A stretch of DNA of 63,087 bases, the filler included, from Klebsormidium nitens (lineage: Eukaryota > Plantae > Klebsormidiophyceae), in NCBI GenBank assembly GCA_000708835.1. It is 7 parts of 7 records of this genome, joined end to end, with 100 filler letters (N's around TTAATTAATTAA, not from the genome) between each part and the next. Parts side by side here need not be neighbours in the genome. Positions count along the whole stretch, not along the records: positions 17,715 to 24,070 come from DF238362.1; positions 24,171 to 30,137 come from DF238404.1; positions 30,238 to 57,692 come from DF237811.1; 4 more parts are not named here. One strand, given 5' to 3'. The position numbers were made by a program, and so were the translations under genes. Under the pieces are notes generated by a model. It saw only the letters and a program-made list of their open reading frames with translations. It was not told the DNA's origin and did not search any database. Below are positions 19,011 through 30,752 of this stretch, piece after piece; the stretch's first letter is position 1; each line of letters begins with the position of its first letter.

Positions 19011-21435
19011 CTATGCCTCCCAACGAATGATGTATGCTCTAAGCTTATACACCGCTAGGTTCACGGTTCCGTTTGGAATCCTGAAGCTGGGGTTGCAAGT
19101 GCGCTCGCCGCGCGGTAGCTCCAGCGGCCCCCTCATGTTAGTCTGCCTGCCGAATTTTTGGAGCGCCAACCACCAGTTGGTCGCCGGTGCTTCAGGAACG
19201 ATTAGCACACAATCCGTTTGGAAAAGCCGGATCGCTTGGACGACTTGGCTGAGCAGGCAAACCGGCGGGAAGATCCAGGCGACTTCCCCCGGGGCTAGTA
19301 GAAGGCTCCAGTCGACGCGCATGGCGTCCGCTGCAAGGGCCTCGGGCGTCGAATGCAAGCTCAGGAATCTCTCCGCCACGTGCCACGTGTCCGACCCAAA
19401 CAAGTCGACGGCGGGCTCCACCCCGAAGCCATCCAGGACTGCGCGCACCGCCTCCTGCGCCAGCCCCGAGTCCGAGCTGTCTTGGAATTTGCTGAGGTCG
19501 TCTTCTTCTTGCATTTCTTCTCGTGGCTTCCACTGTGCTACCATGTCGAAGTCCGCCTCGATGCACAACTCGAACAGCAGAAGCAGCGCTACGTTAACAT
19601 CCAGCGCGCGGCTGTTCATTGCGTTCACTGCCCGTACCGCGGCCTGGTTATCCCCTCTGAGGAGCACCGCCGCTCCTTTGAGCGCGCCGCCTGCTCGCTC
19701 TCGCGCCTCTTTCAGCACTGGGAAGAATGCCACCATCTCGCGCGCCATGCTGGACATGCTCATCTCCGTTTCCGAGAGATTCCCGATCACCGTCAGCTTC
19801 TCTTCCCCCGGAATCTGAATCTTTCCCCCGAATCCCGTATCTGATGCGTCCGAGCCGGCTACGACTGCCACCTGACGTGGGAACCAGCGCCTCCCGTTCC
19901 ACTCGTCGAGGCGCTACAAGAAGAGCCTTGCCGTTTCCTTCGCCGCCTCCAGCGTCTCAAAGACGTCATCCCACGTCAGCTTCCCCCAAATGGCTGCAAA
20001 AAGTGGACTGCTGTACAGAGCCGCCGGGAGGACTGCCGGGCCCACTGAGATTGTTTTGCCGGCCACCTTAGCCAGCTCCCGGAGTGTAACTACCCCGCTC
20101 TCCGCAAGCGCTCTGAGCGCCCCTTTCAGCTTCTCCATCTTTGTGGCTGACACGACGAACCGTCGGTTCACCGTGTCGATGAGGAAACCTAGCGACGGGC
20201 CTTCTTGCTGGGGCCAGAAAGCTGCACTTTGGCAGGCTAAAAAAGGCGCCGAGCAGGGTTAGCGGCTTGACCACGATCACCGTGGCCCACACGCACCTCC
20301 AGAAATCCTCGCATCCCGTCAGTCCGTCGTCGAGAGAGCTCGAGACAGGAACGGATCGAAGCCGCAGCTCCTTGGCTGCCTCCTGCGTGAGCAGCGTGTA
20401 TAGAAAGCACGCTTCCGACCAGCCGAGATACATGCCGTTGTAGTGCATGTACACTTGGCCCACTTTGATGCCGAAGTACTTCCGGTAGGCGGGGTGAATG
20501 AGGAGGTGGTAATACCCCGCCTTGAAGTCCCAAGTGGTGAAGAACCCCCGCTCAGTCAAGAAGGTGAGGACCTCCCTGAGCGTCTTGTATTTGAACGCCT
20601 GCCGCTTGGAGAAGAGGTTAACATACCGGGCGTTGACGACAAGCCGACCTTTTGGGAGGTTAACGACTCCCAAGGGGTAAACCACCTTTGGCTTGCCGTC
20701 CTTTGGGGCGTAAACCTCGAGCGTGCCGTTCACCACCATCTTGACCACCTCGCCAATCGCAAATTCGCTGTTGTCGTAGAATTATCGGTGGTTTTCAAAT
20801 GCCACCGGATGAGGGACTTGACCCGTCAGCATGGCCTCCGCCTCTTTCGGGCCCATTGTCCGGATGAGCATCGCTTGAACTTGCTCTCGTTTCTTCGGAT
20901 CCGCCTCTGCTGTTCCAACAAACCGTGGTTTCGCCCCAGAGGCTCATCATTTTTAACACGCGCTTGGAAGATGCGCGGTTCGAGTTCTGCAGCATTTCTT
21001 CCCAAGTGGGTAGATGCCGCTCGAAGCTGCCCGCGACGAAATCTTCCGGGTCGAATGTGTGGGATCCCACGTTTTTCACCCAGTCTGTCAGTTCCGCTTT
21101 CTGCGTTTGGGACACCTCCGTTTCGCTTCTGGGGCCCGACATCGAGTCAAGGGTTTCTCGCACCGCTTTGCGAAGTTGTTCTCCGTTTGGGGTTACGCCT
21201 TGCCTCACTTTGAGTCCCGCAAAGACTCGTAGGTGCAGGATTGTAGAAGCGGCGCGCTCGCTTCCATGAGGGGATCTTCGTTCAGTTCGAGCTCGTTGTC
21301 TTCCAATTCGTTTTCCGGGGAGAGCGGCTCTGGCTCTGGGTCGCAGCCCAGGGGATCTGACGGCCTGGCGCACTTTTCTGTTTCTTGATCTCCTCCGCCC
21401 GGGGATTCCGGAACCGATTTTTTCCGTTCACCCAT
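19011..21435 (-). pseudogene. DIRS-type pol: reverse transcriptase, RNase H and C-terminal methyltransferase-like domain, frameshifted
   Basis: RT: GRLVVNARYVN, TWDFKAGYYHL, GMYLGWSEAC, SLDDGL (YxDD decayed). RNase H: SDASDTGFGG, RE, LRGDNQAAV, WKPREEMQEEDDLSK. MT-like: VDLFGS...DAMRVDW...WIFPP...LIVPEAPATNWW. Confidence 0.85.
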
Positions 21436-22361
21436 CAGGTCACTCGCCTCCTTCAGGGAACCGGTCGGTTTGTCTGCTGATTCCGTGCTTCGGAGATCAG
21501 GAACCTTTTCGCCCTTTTTGAGATCGCTCTGTTTCGAGCGGGCGGGCTGCCGATCTCGGGCGCGGCCGCCTCGCTTGGTTTCACCAGGCGGTCCGCATGT
21601 GGCCTGGTCGGGAATTCGGTCGACGGGAATTCGGTCGAGACTTCCTGCGCCGTGTCCCTGGCAATATGAAGAGTGAAATCAGCCTATGATGAGCCGCAGC
21701 GGCGGTCTCCAAAACGGAAGAAAAGCCTAGGCGTCTTCAGTGTAAATTTCGCCCGTGCACAGGAATGATCTCAGTCTCGTTAACCCAATTTTGGTTAATC
21801 TGACCCTGAAACAGCGGGATCCGCGGGGTCGTTTCGCAACTGCCATGGGACGGGGCATCTTTTATAGGTGTAAAATGCTTTTGGTCGTCCCGGGTTAGCA
21901 TTCTGCGTCACCTAACGAGAATTTGACCAACGGGTTAATCGGGTTAGGTAAGCGTATTTTCACCGAGTTCCGCGGTTTCTTTTTACGTCGCCGAATAGAT
22001 ACGCCGATGGCAATTCGTTAGCTCCGCGCTCGTGTCGATCAAAATGAGATTCCGCAGTTTCCCGAAGTTCAGATCATTGAGCGCATCATGCTGACCAGCA
22101 CTCATGTTCCTGTAACACAAAATCCATCTGAATGTAACCGCATGTTGTGCCACGGTTCACGTTGTGAATGGCCTTGTCGGCTCGCCGAACACTCGTCTCC
22201 GCTTGGGTGTGCTAAGGGTTATCCAAGAGAAACGATTACAGCAAGTTCGTACAGCCGTTTATCTAGGTTCGATCGTGCCTCACTTTTCTAACCTCCTTTT
22301 TTCTATCTGTACCCGGGGCTTCTAATATTTTTGACTCGCTACCCCCTCTTCTCTAACTTTC

Positions 22362-23952
22362 TCACCTACGACCCGACCTATGCGCCGGGGCGTGATTGTC
22401 TCGATCGTCTCTGTCGTCTCTCTCACGTTCTTCGAACCGTCTCTTGCCGCCCCAGCCGAGCCCCTTGCCGGAGCCGCCGGGTCCACTCCTAAAACGGAAG
22501 AAGTTTTCCGTTAGTCGCGCCTCTTGTGGGCTGAACTTCTGCCGGGCAACCTTGCCTACCTGATTGGCCGTCTTTCCGGCATTCTTGGCTTCCTTGTGAA
22601 GCATTCTAGATGAGAATTCTTCTCATGCTGGCCCCGCGTTGCTTAAAAACCTCACTTCAGGAGGGAATTCTAGTTTTGCTTATACCTCTCGTTTTTGCAG
22701 CGGCCTCACTTAGGGAGGATTCCTCATTCCTTGATGTTTTATACTTATGCATCTTTTGCGCGTCAATACTACCCTCTTAGTTCCGCAGGCCTGACCGAAA
22801 TGAGCACGTGTTTGTGCCAATATCAAACTCAATATCAGGCCATTGCACGTCACTGAACGGTTCCTCTTTTTACAGATGTGGTTCTGTACCTTATGTAACG
22901 ACTTGCGTCAGCAACTTCATCCTGACCTGCCTCCCCCTTGGAACCTTGTTTAAATGCTTCTCACGGGCCACCACGAACTCACCTCGTGTAGCTGCCGCTT
23001 CCGCCTCCAGAGCCCCGTAATTGCAAGGGGCGTGCATTACCTTCTCCCACCTGGGTCTGGGCCTCCTTCCGGTACTCCTCGAACATCTTCTTGCGGATTT
23101 TCTTCTCAAGCTCCCGCACTGTTTTTGCAGTCCACCCGCTGCTGTCTCCGGCTTCCTCTATCACCATTAACATGTCCGAGATGAACCCGTCCGCCAGATA
23201 TTCGAGGTCGAGGAAGACCACGTTAAGCTGGTTGGCATAGAAGTAGACGGCAGCGATGAGGTGAGCAGCTTTCGAGTCGGGCTCTTTGTACAACTCAAAG
23301 AGCTGCTCGAATTTAGTGTACCATGCCCGTGACTCCCTCGGAATCTTTCTCAAGCCAGCCTCCATGTGTGAAATCAGAGACCCCTTTTGCACGAATTTCT
23401 TGAAGGCTCTTTCCAGGCGGGCTGCCGACCCCGCCATGTCGGGCCCTTGCATAAAGCCTGGGGTGAATGCATTGAGGACAGCCGCGCTTGGTGTGACCGT
23501 TGGCGGCTCTGGAATCGTGACTCTTCTAGCGGGCTGTTGTCGGGGACCTGCTCTTGCTGCTGTGGCTGTGCACCTCCTGCCGGACCCACTGGGGCCACAG
23601 GTACCGTTGATGGAGCACCAGGGATGGCCACCTCGAACACCTCATGCTGCAGGCCTATCTCTCTAAGCCTCCTAAGCAGCGTATCATTGGGATGCCTGGT
23701 GCCAATACCAATCCTCAGCTCGGTTTTATTCACCGGTCTTCGGAAAAGCTCGCCTCCGCTATTCTTCAGCCGGAACTTGCCTGATGCGAGATCTACGTCA
23801 ACAACTATAGCCCAGAGCCTCCTTCCTGAGCCGGGTAACTCATGCAGCAGGTATTCCCCAATCAGACCTTGCGGTCCAATCAAGTCGATAAGGGTTGCGA
23901 GCTGAGGCTCCATGATTCCCCTCTCGACCTGTACAAGCAAAAGACGACTCAA
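22362..23952 (-). pseudogene. Putative gag-like ORF of the DIRS element, split by frameshifts and possibly an intron
   Basis: ORF pieces 23374-23952, 22979-23452 and 22362-22604 lie upstream of pol on the same strand, helical then basic/Gly-rich. Assignment is positional. Confidence 0.45.
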
Positions 23953-24186
23953 TGCTCAGTGCCAACTCACACCAGCCAGGGGGAGGGTCTTCTTTGCAGT
24001 GTTAACACCCCCCAAGAAAACAAACGTCTCTTGATGGCGCCCTGTCAGGCGCCTTCTCTTTCTGAAACGTNNNNNNNNNNNNNNNNNNNNNNNNNNNNNN
24101 NNNNNNNNNNNNNNTTAATTAATTAANNNNNNNNNNNNNNNNNNNNNNNNNNNNNNNNNNNNNNNNNNNNAGAGTTGGGTGGGAAT

Positions 24187-27100
24187 CAGGGTTTCCCACG
24201 GACTTTCGTCCCGGCCGGCCAGCTGCCGGCGATCGGACCCCCCGATTCTACCGGCTGGAACCGGCCGGACGCCGGCTGCCTATTACGGCAGCTGGAGCAC
24301 CGTTATCACTGGCTGGCACGTGACCCGGCCGGGCCCCGGGCCCGTGACCGTGATCCGATCAGGCGCGGCCGTGTGCGCGCGCCGCGCTCAAGCTACCGTC
24401 GCGCGCGGCCGCCCTTGAGCGGCGCGCGGTGCGGGCGGGCGGCCGCCGCGGTCACGTCGCTGGCTGTGGCGGCACGCGGCCGGGATCCCGAGTCCGCCAC
24501 TGGCCATATGCAAATCAGTGCATGGCCGCTTGTACGTAATTCAATCTGGCTCTGCCAGACATACTGCCGACACTCCGATGACTCTGGCTAGCAGGCCAGT
24601 ACGACAATGAACCGGCCTACCTTTTCATGTTGAGTTCGTCCCTTCCAATAGCAGCCCAAGGCCCAGGCTTTCTTGCATACCTAAAGTCTTATCATGAGGC
24701 AGTTTGACGGATATGTTAGATAGTGCTATGTAGCTTTTGCATGTCCTATAAGTGTATCAGCACCATATATAGATTCATTACAGTTGATGGACCAATGGGT
24801 TATTGCCAGTTAGTGCTTAAATTCATCCGTTGCACATCACTAAATCCCACGTATGCACCATGGAAGCCTATGGCTCATGTGGCGACGGCATGATAAGAGA
24901 ATATCATAAGAGACAATATAGACGGTTCACCGAAATTTCAAGTCCTAAATTAGGAAGCTTGCGTTTGTGTACCGTACAGTCTCTTCTTCTTAGACCCGGA
25001 CTTCCAAATCTTGATCGCCGGGCCAAAATCGTACTCCTTCCTAGGGGGCCCGACGAGTCCTATCCGCATAAGATTATCGAGCAACTCAATTTCTATCCTA
25101 TTGCGCAGCTTCGACTTGATGAGATTCTGTCGAGAGAAGCCGCGCTCACAGCATGCTGTGCTAACGAACATTATCATACCTACTTGCGTTAGTCGCAATA
25201 AACACGGAACTAATTCGAAGTAGGTGGGGTTCTTTGCAATCTTCGACCACGTGTCTTCCAAAGTGCATCCCTGGAAGGTGGTCGATCCCCACTGCTTGAA
25301 AGTGCGGAACTCCTGCCTAAGCGTGCCATAATCACAATCAACGAACGGAGCGAAGACCTTCCCGTCCACAACCCTCTCAACGCAATACAAGCCCCACAAC
25401 AACTTCAGCTCCGGCAAACCGTAGGTGGCAAGCTGATCTTTGTTTGACGGAAAGGCTGCCGCATCTGGGGCCAGGATACCAAACGCTGCCACCTTCGGGG
25501 CCTCCGCAAATCGCGCCTCTAAGTTTGAGATTACTTTCTCCACCCAAGCCGTGGCGAACCCGTTACTTGCCGCCTCCTCTCCTGCCGCCAGCTCGATCGT
25601 GTGACCGTGATAGGTGAGGGGCACCGGCTGTAGGCTGTCCAAAGCTGCCCTCAGTTCCAACTCTCTGAGCCTCTTCAGCTCTCCGAATTGCCCAAGGTAG
25701 CTCTGCACCTCCATAAAGTTGATGGCCCCACCCTGCCGGAGCACGTTCCGAGCTATCTCCATGTTGCGCTCCAGGTCCGGTAGCTCCGCCCCCATACGGT
25801 TTGCGACTTCCTGCCGCTGCTGCTCCCGCGCCGTCCGCTCTTCTCTCGACTCCTGCCCCTCCAGACCCTCCAAAAACTTTGCCAGGAAACCGCCAAGAGG
25901 CCCGGCAGGTCCGTTTGCACCCGCAAAGTCCTCCACCAGCTCAACTTTGGCACCCTCGACCAGGCCTTGGATGGCCGTCAGATCCACATGGTCCCCTTGA
26001 AAGGCCTTGCTGAGGCGGGCGAGGGTAGACGTGGCGTCGGCCAGCATGTGCAGGCCATGCAACACCCTGAAGCTGCACAATTGCTTGTACGCTGCAGGGT
26101 CCTCCTGTTGCATAAAGCCCACCACTGCGGGGAGCACGCGGCAGAGTTTCTTCAAGCACTCGTTGCGGGACAGCCAACGAACCGCAAAGATTCGTGTTGG
26201 CACCAGATCCGGAAGGCCGAGCTCCTCCTCCAACTCGCGCAACGCCCCCAGCTTCTTTGCGCTTCGCGAGAAGACAGCGGCGATCGCATTGACGAGCTTG
26301 TCAAGCTCCACAGCGAAGGGCAGACTGTCTGCCGCACCCCCCGCAGCGAGGTTGAGCCGGTGGGCGATGCAGTGGATGGCCAGCATGAAGGGGAAGAGCC
26401 TTTGCAGCCTCGCCGCCACCCCGTTCTGAGCACCTGCAAAAATGGCAAAGAGGGAGTGATTAGAAGACCAGACTTGTGGCGCATGAATGTTCAGCAGTAC
26501 TAAGTCACAAGTCATCTTTCCTGGTTGAAAGCAGTGAGAAGAATCTCGAATCTGCAGTCAGAATCAGACGCCAAAATGCAGACCTTTCAAGACAAAGAGC
26601 ATGCCCTCAACACTTCTGACGCTGTCCAACATCTAAATCCGATGCGTCTAGTACAGCAAGTGCATCAAATCTGTGCATATTGTGGCTTCAGTATAGCTAA
26701 ATAGGGATATAGATGGCAAGAACACGCTGATTATCTGGTTGCCAATAGTACATTTTGAAACACAGCAAGAGCAAAGTATGTACCTGTCATCACGCTCGCC
26801 CCATCAGAGCCAAAGCAAAGGACCTTCTCGATGGGAATGCCAAAGAGGTTCAGGCACTCCAAGACCCGCGCGCAAAGGGAGGCTGCATCGGTCTCGTTCA
26901 CTTGCAGCAAACCCAAGAACACGGTGGAGACCTGCAAACCAAAAGCAATCGCTTTGCTATGTCCATTGTTGACCAACTTGGCATTGATTAGTCTAGCAAG
27001 AGGTGCAAGCTATGCTGGACAGGATGCTCAAGTTGTCATCTTTGCAGGACATGCAACTTAGCAGATCTATTCATTGAAGCTACTTTTCAAGGACCCGAGC

Positions 27101-28907
27101 TCAGAATCAGCCAGCTTCCAAGCTTGCCCAGAACCAAAATAATAAATGCATGGAAGCATACAACCAGTTTTCGATTGTAAGCAAAAGACAGCAGAGCCTT
27201 TAAGCAACTGGCACAACGTGTGTCTCAAGATTTCAAGATGCCGCAACCCTTACCTTTTTCTCGGCTGTGATGTATTTGCAGTACACGATCATATGCTGAT
27301 GAACACTGATGTCCGTCGACTCGTCGATGCCGATGGACACCACAGGACTCTGCTTGAGTGCCTCCTTCTGCGCCTGCATGATTGCCTCTGCGATTGCGTC
27401 TATGAACTGATAGGCTGCCTTATTGTTATGATACAACTCGGAGGGGACCTGAGCACCTGTGTCTTTCAACAGATCTAGGAGCGTACCATACTGAGCGAGA
27501 GCCACGTCCTTCTTCGCCAACCAGTAGGCAGCCTGGAAGAGGTTGATCGCTGTTTGGTTCTCTAAAGAGATGGCCTGATCAATGGCCTTCTCCATTACAG
27601 CTGCTCCGCCTTGGTCCTCAACACATTGGCGGTGCTCCCTAGACGTGGCATGGTCAGAGAGGGCATTTGACTTGAAGTTGATGGAGCCTGTGGTCGCAAA
27701 AGGGCTGTCAAACTTGCGCTCAGACTTCCTGCATAGCTTGCAGAAGAGCTTCGCGCGCTTGGTGTNNNNNNNNNNNNNNNNNNNNNNNNNNNNNNNNNNN
27801 NNNNNNNNNNNNNNNNNNNNNNNNNNNNNNNNNNNNNNNNNNNNNNNNNNNNNNNNNNNNNNNNNNNNNNNNNNNNNNNNNNNNNNNNNNNNNNNNNNNN
27901 NNNNNNNNNNNNNNNNNNNNNNNNNNNNNNNNNNNNNNNNNNNNNNNNNNNNNNNNNNNNNNNNNNNNNNNNNNNNNNNNACCATGCCGCTAGGGAGCCA
28001 AAACTATGAGTGCCGGAATTGGCCCTACCTGATCCTGCGAACGCCCTCTTCCACTATCTCATGCCAGGGATGGTTTGTCGCCCAGTGATCCTTCACCTCT
28101 GCCCTCCAGTTCAACTTGCCGGGAACAAGAGCTTTCTTTTCCCTGTTCGTCAAGTGAACCTTTGCTTGCACCCTCTCCCTGGCTGCCACTGGGATTGGGA
28201 CAACAGCAGGCTGCCCAACAGTCTCAGCAGCCAACCCAGTCTGCTCAAGCCCTGCTTCAAGCTCAATCAGATCTGCATCGCTGGTCCCCTCAACCAAGGC
28301 CATAAGTCCTGGCTCCAGGAAGCCCGGTGCACGACCAACTGGCTGGTCATTACCGCCTGCCGCTGCATCTGGAGGCCTTGTGGACGGGCCTGTGCCATCA
28401 TTCCCCCCTACTGTTTGTTTGGACCTCTTAGGCGGGGTACTCCTCGGCAAGAAATAGCTCCTGATGGACTGCATTCTGCCTGTTGCAAGGAGAGCGACTG
28501 CACTGTGCAGGGTTGCAGGCACGTTGCGAGTTCACTGCTCAAGGTTCGACGCCTATTGAACAGGCCAGAACCGAAGCAATCTATCGATGGACAGCCTGAG
28601 TCTGAAAGGAGCTTAGGCCTGAAAGTAGAGGACCCGGCACTGAGGAGACAATGGCAGCGGCAGCCTGCTTCCCTATTGGGAACTTGGCATGCAATGGAAG
28701 TCAAAATGGCCGCCTGCGGCGGCCTGCCCTGCAGAAGACGTAACTAGGCTGGGCCGGCATCTGCCAAATCCTGTCGGCCAGCCGACAGGGTCTGTTTTCT
28801 GCCGGCTCCGGGCCGGCTTGGCAGCCGGCAGGGTGCCTTCGGCACCGGCCGGACTTCGTTCACCGCCGGCCAGGTCCAAGTGGGAGTGCCGGCTGTGGGA
28901 AACCCTG
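24187..28907 (-). mobile_element. Full-length hAT DNA transposon
   Basis: Perfect 13-bp TIRs (CAGGGTTTCCCAC 24187-24199 / GTGGGAAACCCTG 28895-28907), perfect 8-bp TSD GTGGGAAT (24179-24186, 28908-28915), CCGG-rich subterminal regions. Confidence 0.95.
24950..28522 (-). CDS. hAT transposase (ZNF862-like), spliced and partly in a gap
   Basis: Zn-finger LFCKLC...DHATSREH, IGIDESTD, FGSDGASVMTG, HCIAHRLNL, RWLSR and STACCERGFS..NLIKSKLRNR (hAT dimerization). GT-AG junctions near 26779 and 26434. Confidence 0.85.
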
Positions 28908-30367
28908 GTGGGAATGCAAGGTCGCGCCAACTGGCGGCCCGTCGGATGAGACGCGTACGCCGGGGGGCGGCCGCGTGCCGGCGGGCGCTGGCGTTGCGAA
29001 CCAGACGTACAGACGGTTGCGTCACGGTGACGAAGCATGGCAGTTGAGTAGGTTCTAAACGTCAGAGGAGGCGCAACCAGGTTCAGCAGCTTAGATATCA
29101 TAATAACCTGAACCACGTTGAAGCTCAGGCTTGACGCGGCGCGGGCGCACCAACTGTAGGCCTAAGCGACTAGAAGCAACTCTATCCGACGCTCAGACTG
29201 CTCAGGAAAGCAAAGCTTGGAGCAGGTTTGGTAGAAGCTGATGACACTCCAACGTAAGCGCCGATAGAAGAAATGGAGGATCCCCTGGAGTACGACCTGC
29301 TTCATGATTCCCCGAGGGATCACGCACCGGATTGTGCTCGCTTGTCGCAAGGACACCTCCGCCAAACAGCTCGGCAGCCTCCGCTTGTTGAACAAAACCT
29401 GGAAGGCCGCAATCGAAGCTGGTGTGTTTGGCCCCCATGGCCGGTTGATCATGTGCAGTCAAAAAAGTACCAGGTTTGCGCTGCTAGTGGGCGCCCATTG
29501 CGGTATGAATCAAGTTATGAGGTGCGCCCCGCGGTTGGTCTCCTAGACGAGCGGTTTAGGAACCTGTAATGATCTGTCCTGTGCCGAGCCGCAATGAGTT
29601 GGATCTACTTCTGAAGCCAGGGGTGACCGGGGGATCCACGTCAGCTTGCTGAACAAGTTGATGTATATCTTGGAAGAAAAATTCAACACTAGACGGAGTT
29701 AGTAAGGAGGTTTATACCCCTCGCTGCATAATGATGCATTCCTCACCAATCAGGAGAGTGGAACACAGAGTACTTCGGAATTCGGAGAAAAGGACCGGGA
29801 CCCATCGCTAGGCTACTTTGAGACACGCTTCTACTTTGCTGGGGAGGATCGCATCTTCTGCGTTGGAATGTATGTAAGACAGAGTCCCCGAGAAGAGCCT
29901 GAGCGCGTTTTGTCTTATGAGCCGCACACTGCTCAAGAGAGTACTAACGGGCCGTGAATATATACAAGTTTATCACTTTCATCATAGTATTGCATGATAT
30001 ACATAGGTGCAATCATATACATCTTCCTCATACTACCATATACCCCATATACCCCCCTTTCAAAGCCTTCATCATCATCAATCCCCCTTAGGTCCCCGGA
30101 CTCCGGGACCCCCTATACCCCTATTTCAAAGCCTTCANNNNNNNNNNNNNNNNNNNNNNNNNNNNNNNNNNNNNNNNNNNNTTAATTAATTAANNNNNNN
30201 NNNNNNNNNNNNNNNNNNNNNNNNNNNNNNNNNNNNNACTCCTATACCTGGCGATGGTCGCCGGAGCGCGGGTGCCAAACCGCACGGCGGCCCCTGGGAG
30301 GCGGCGACGACCTCGACTTACGAGGAATTATACACCCTTTTTACCCCGCACGCGGCATGACCCGTAG

Positions 30368-30450
30368 TGCGTTTGCGAGGGATCGAACCCAGGTCCCTCG
30401 CAGGCATTGACGTCATCATTGCGGTCCACCTGGCACCGTTGGCATTGGCA
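30368..30450 (-). pseudogene. tRNA-like relic (tRNA-Gly-like 3' half), possibly a SINE head
   Basis: The minus strand reads ...ccaacggt...gacctgggttcgatccctcgcaaacgca, with a B-box (GGTTCGA) and a 3' end resembling plant tRNA-Gly(TCC). No full cloverleaf. Confidence 0.35.
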
Positions 30451-30752
30451 TAAAGTCGTGTGTTGGACTCGGAGACTCAGAGCCTCAGAGTCATGACCCA
30501 TCTCTAGTTTCTAGTGATGCCTACACACCACGCCGCTGCACTGGCAATCATCGCGGAGGTGTCGCTGTCAACGTCATTTGTAGCCTAGGACGCCCAGGTG
30601 GGCCTAGATTGCTGTCCGTCACAATCCTGTCGTCCTAGATCGCTGTCTGTCACAATCCTTTAGAGAAGCGTCTTCCTCGATTTTCATCTCATCTTGCCTT
30701 GTTTCGGTTGCGAGCTGCTTCTTCACAGCAGCTGAATTGACGGTGTTCCCAC

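Larger units (their letters stand above)
17715..24070 (-). mobile_element. Decayed DIRS/PAT-like (kangaroo-type) tyrosine-recombinase retrotransposon, both ends in gaps
   Basis: gag-like and RT/RH/MT on the minus strand converge on YR on the plus strand (stops at 18945 and 19011). Terminal repeats are not visible; gaps flank both sides. Confidence 0.75.

Noticed and set aside
28916-29570. Possible decayed coding sequence right of the hAT insertion
   Set aside because: Multiple stops in all frames and no motif I can recognise.
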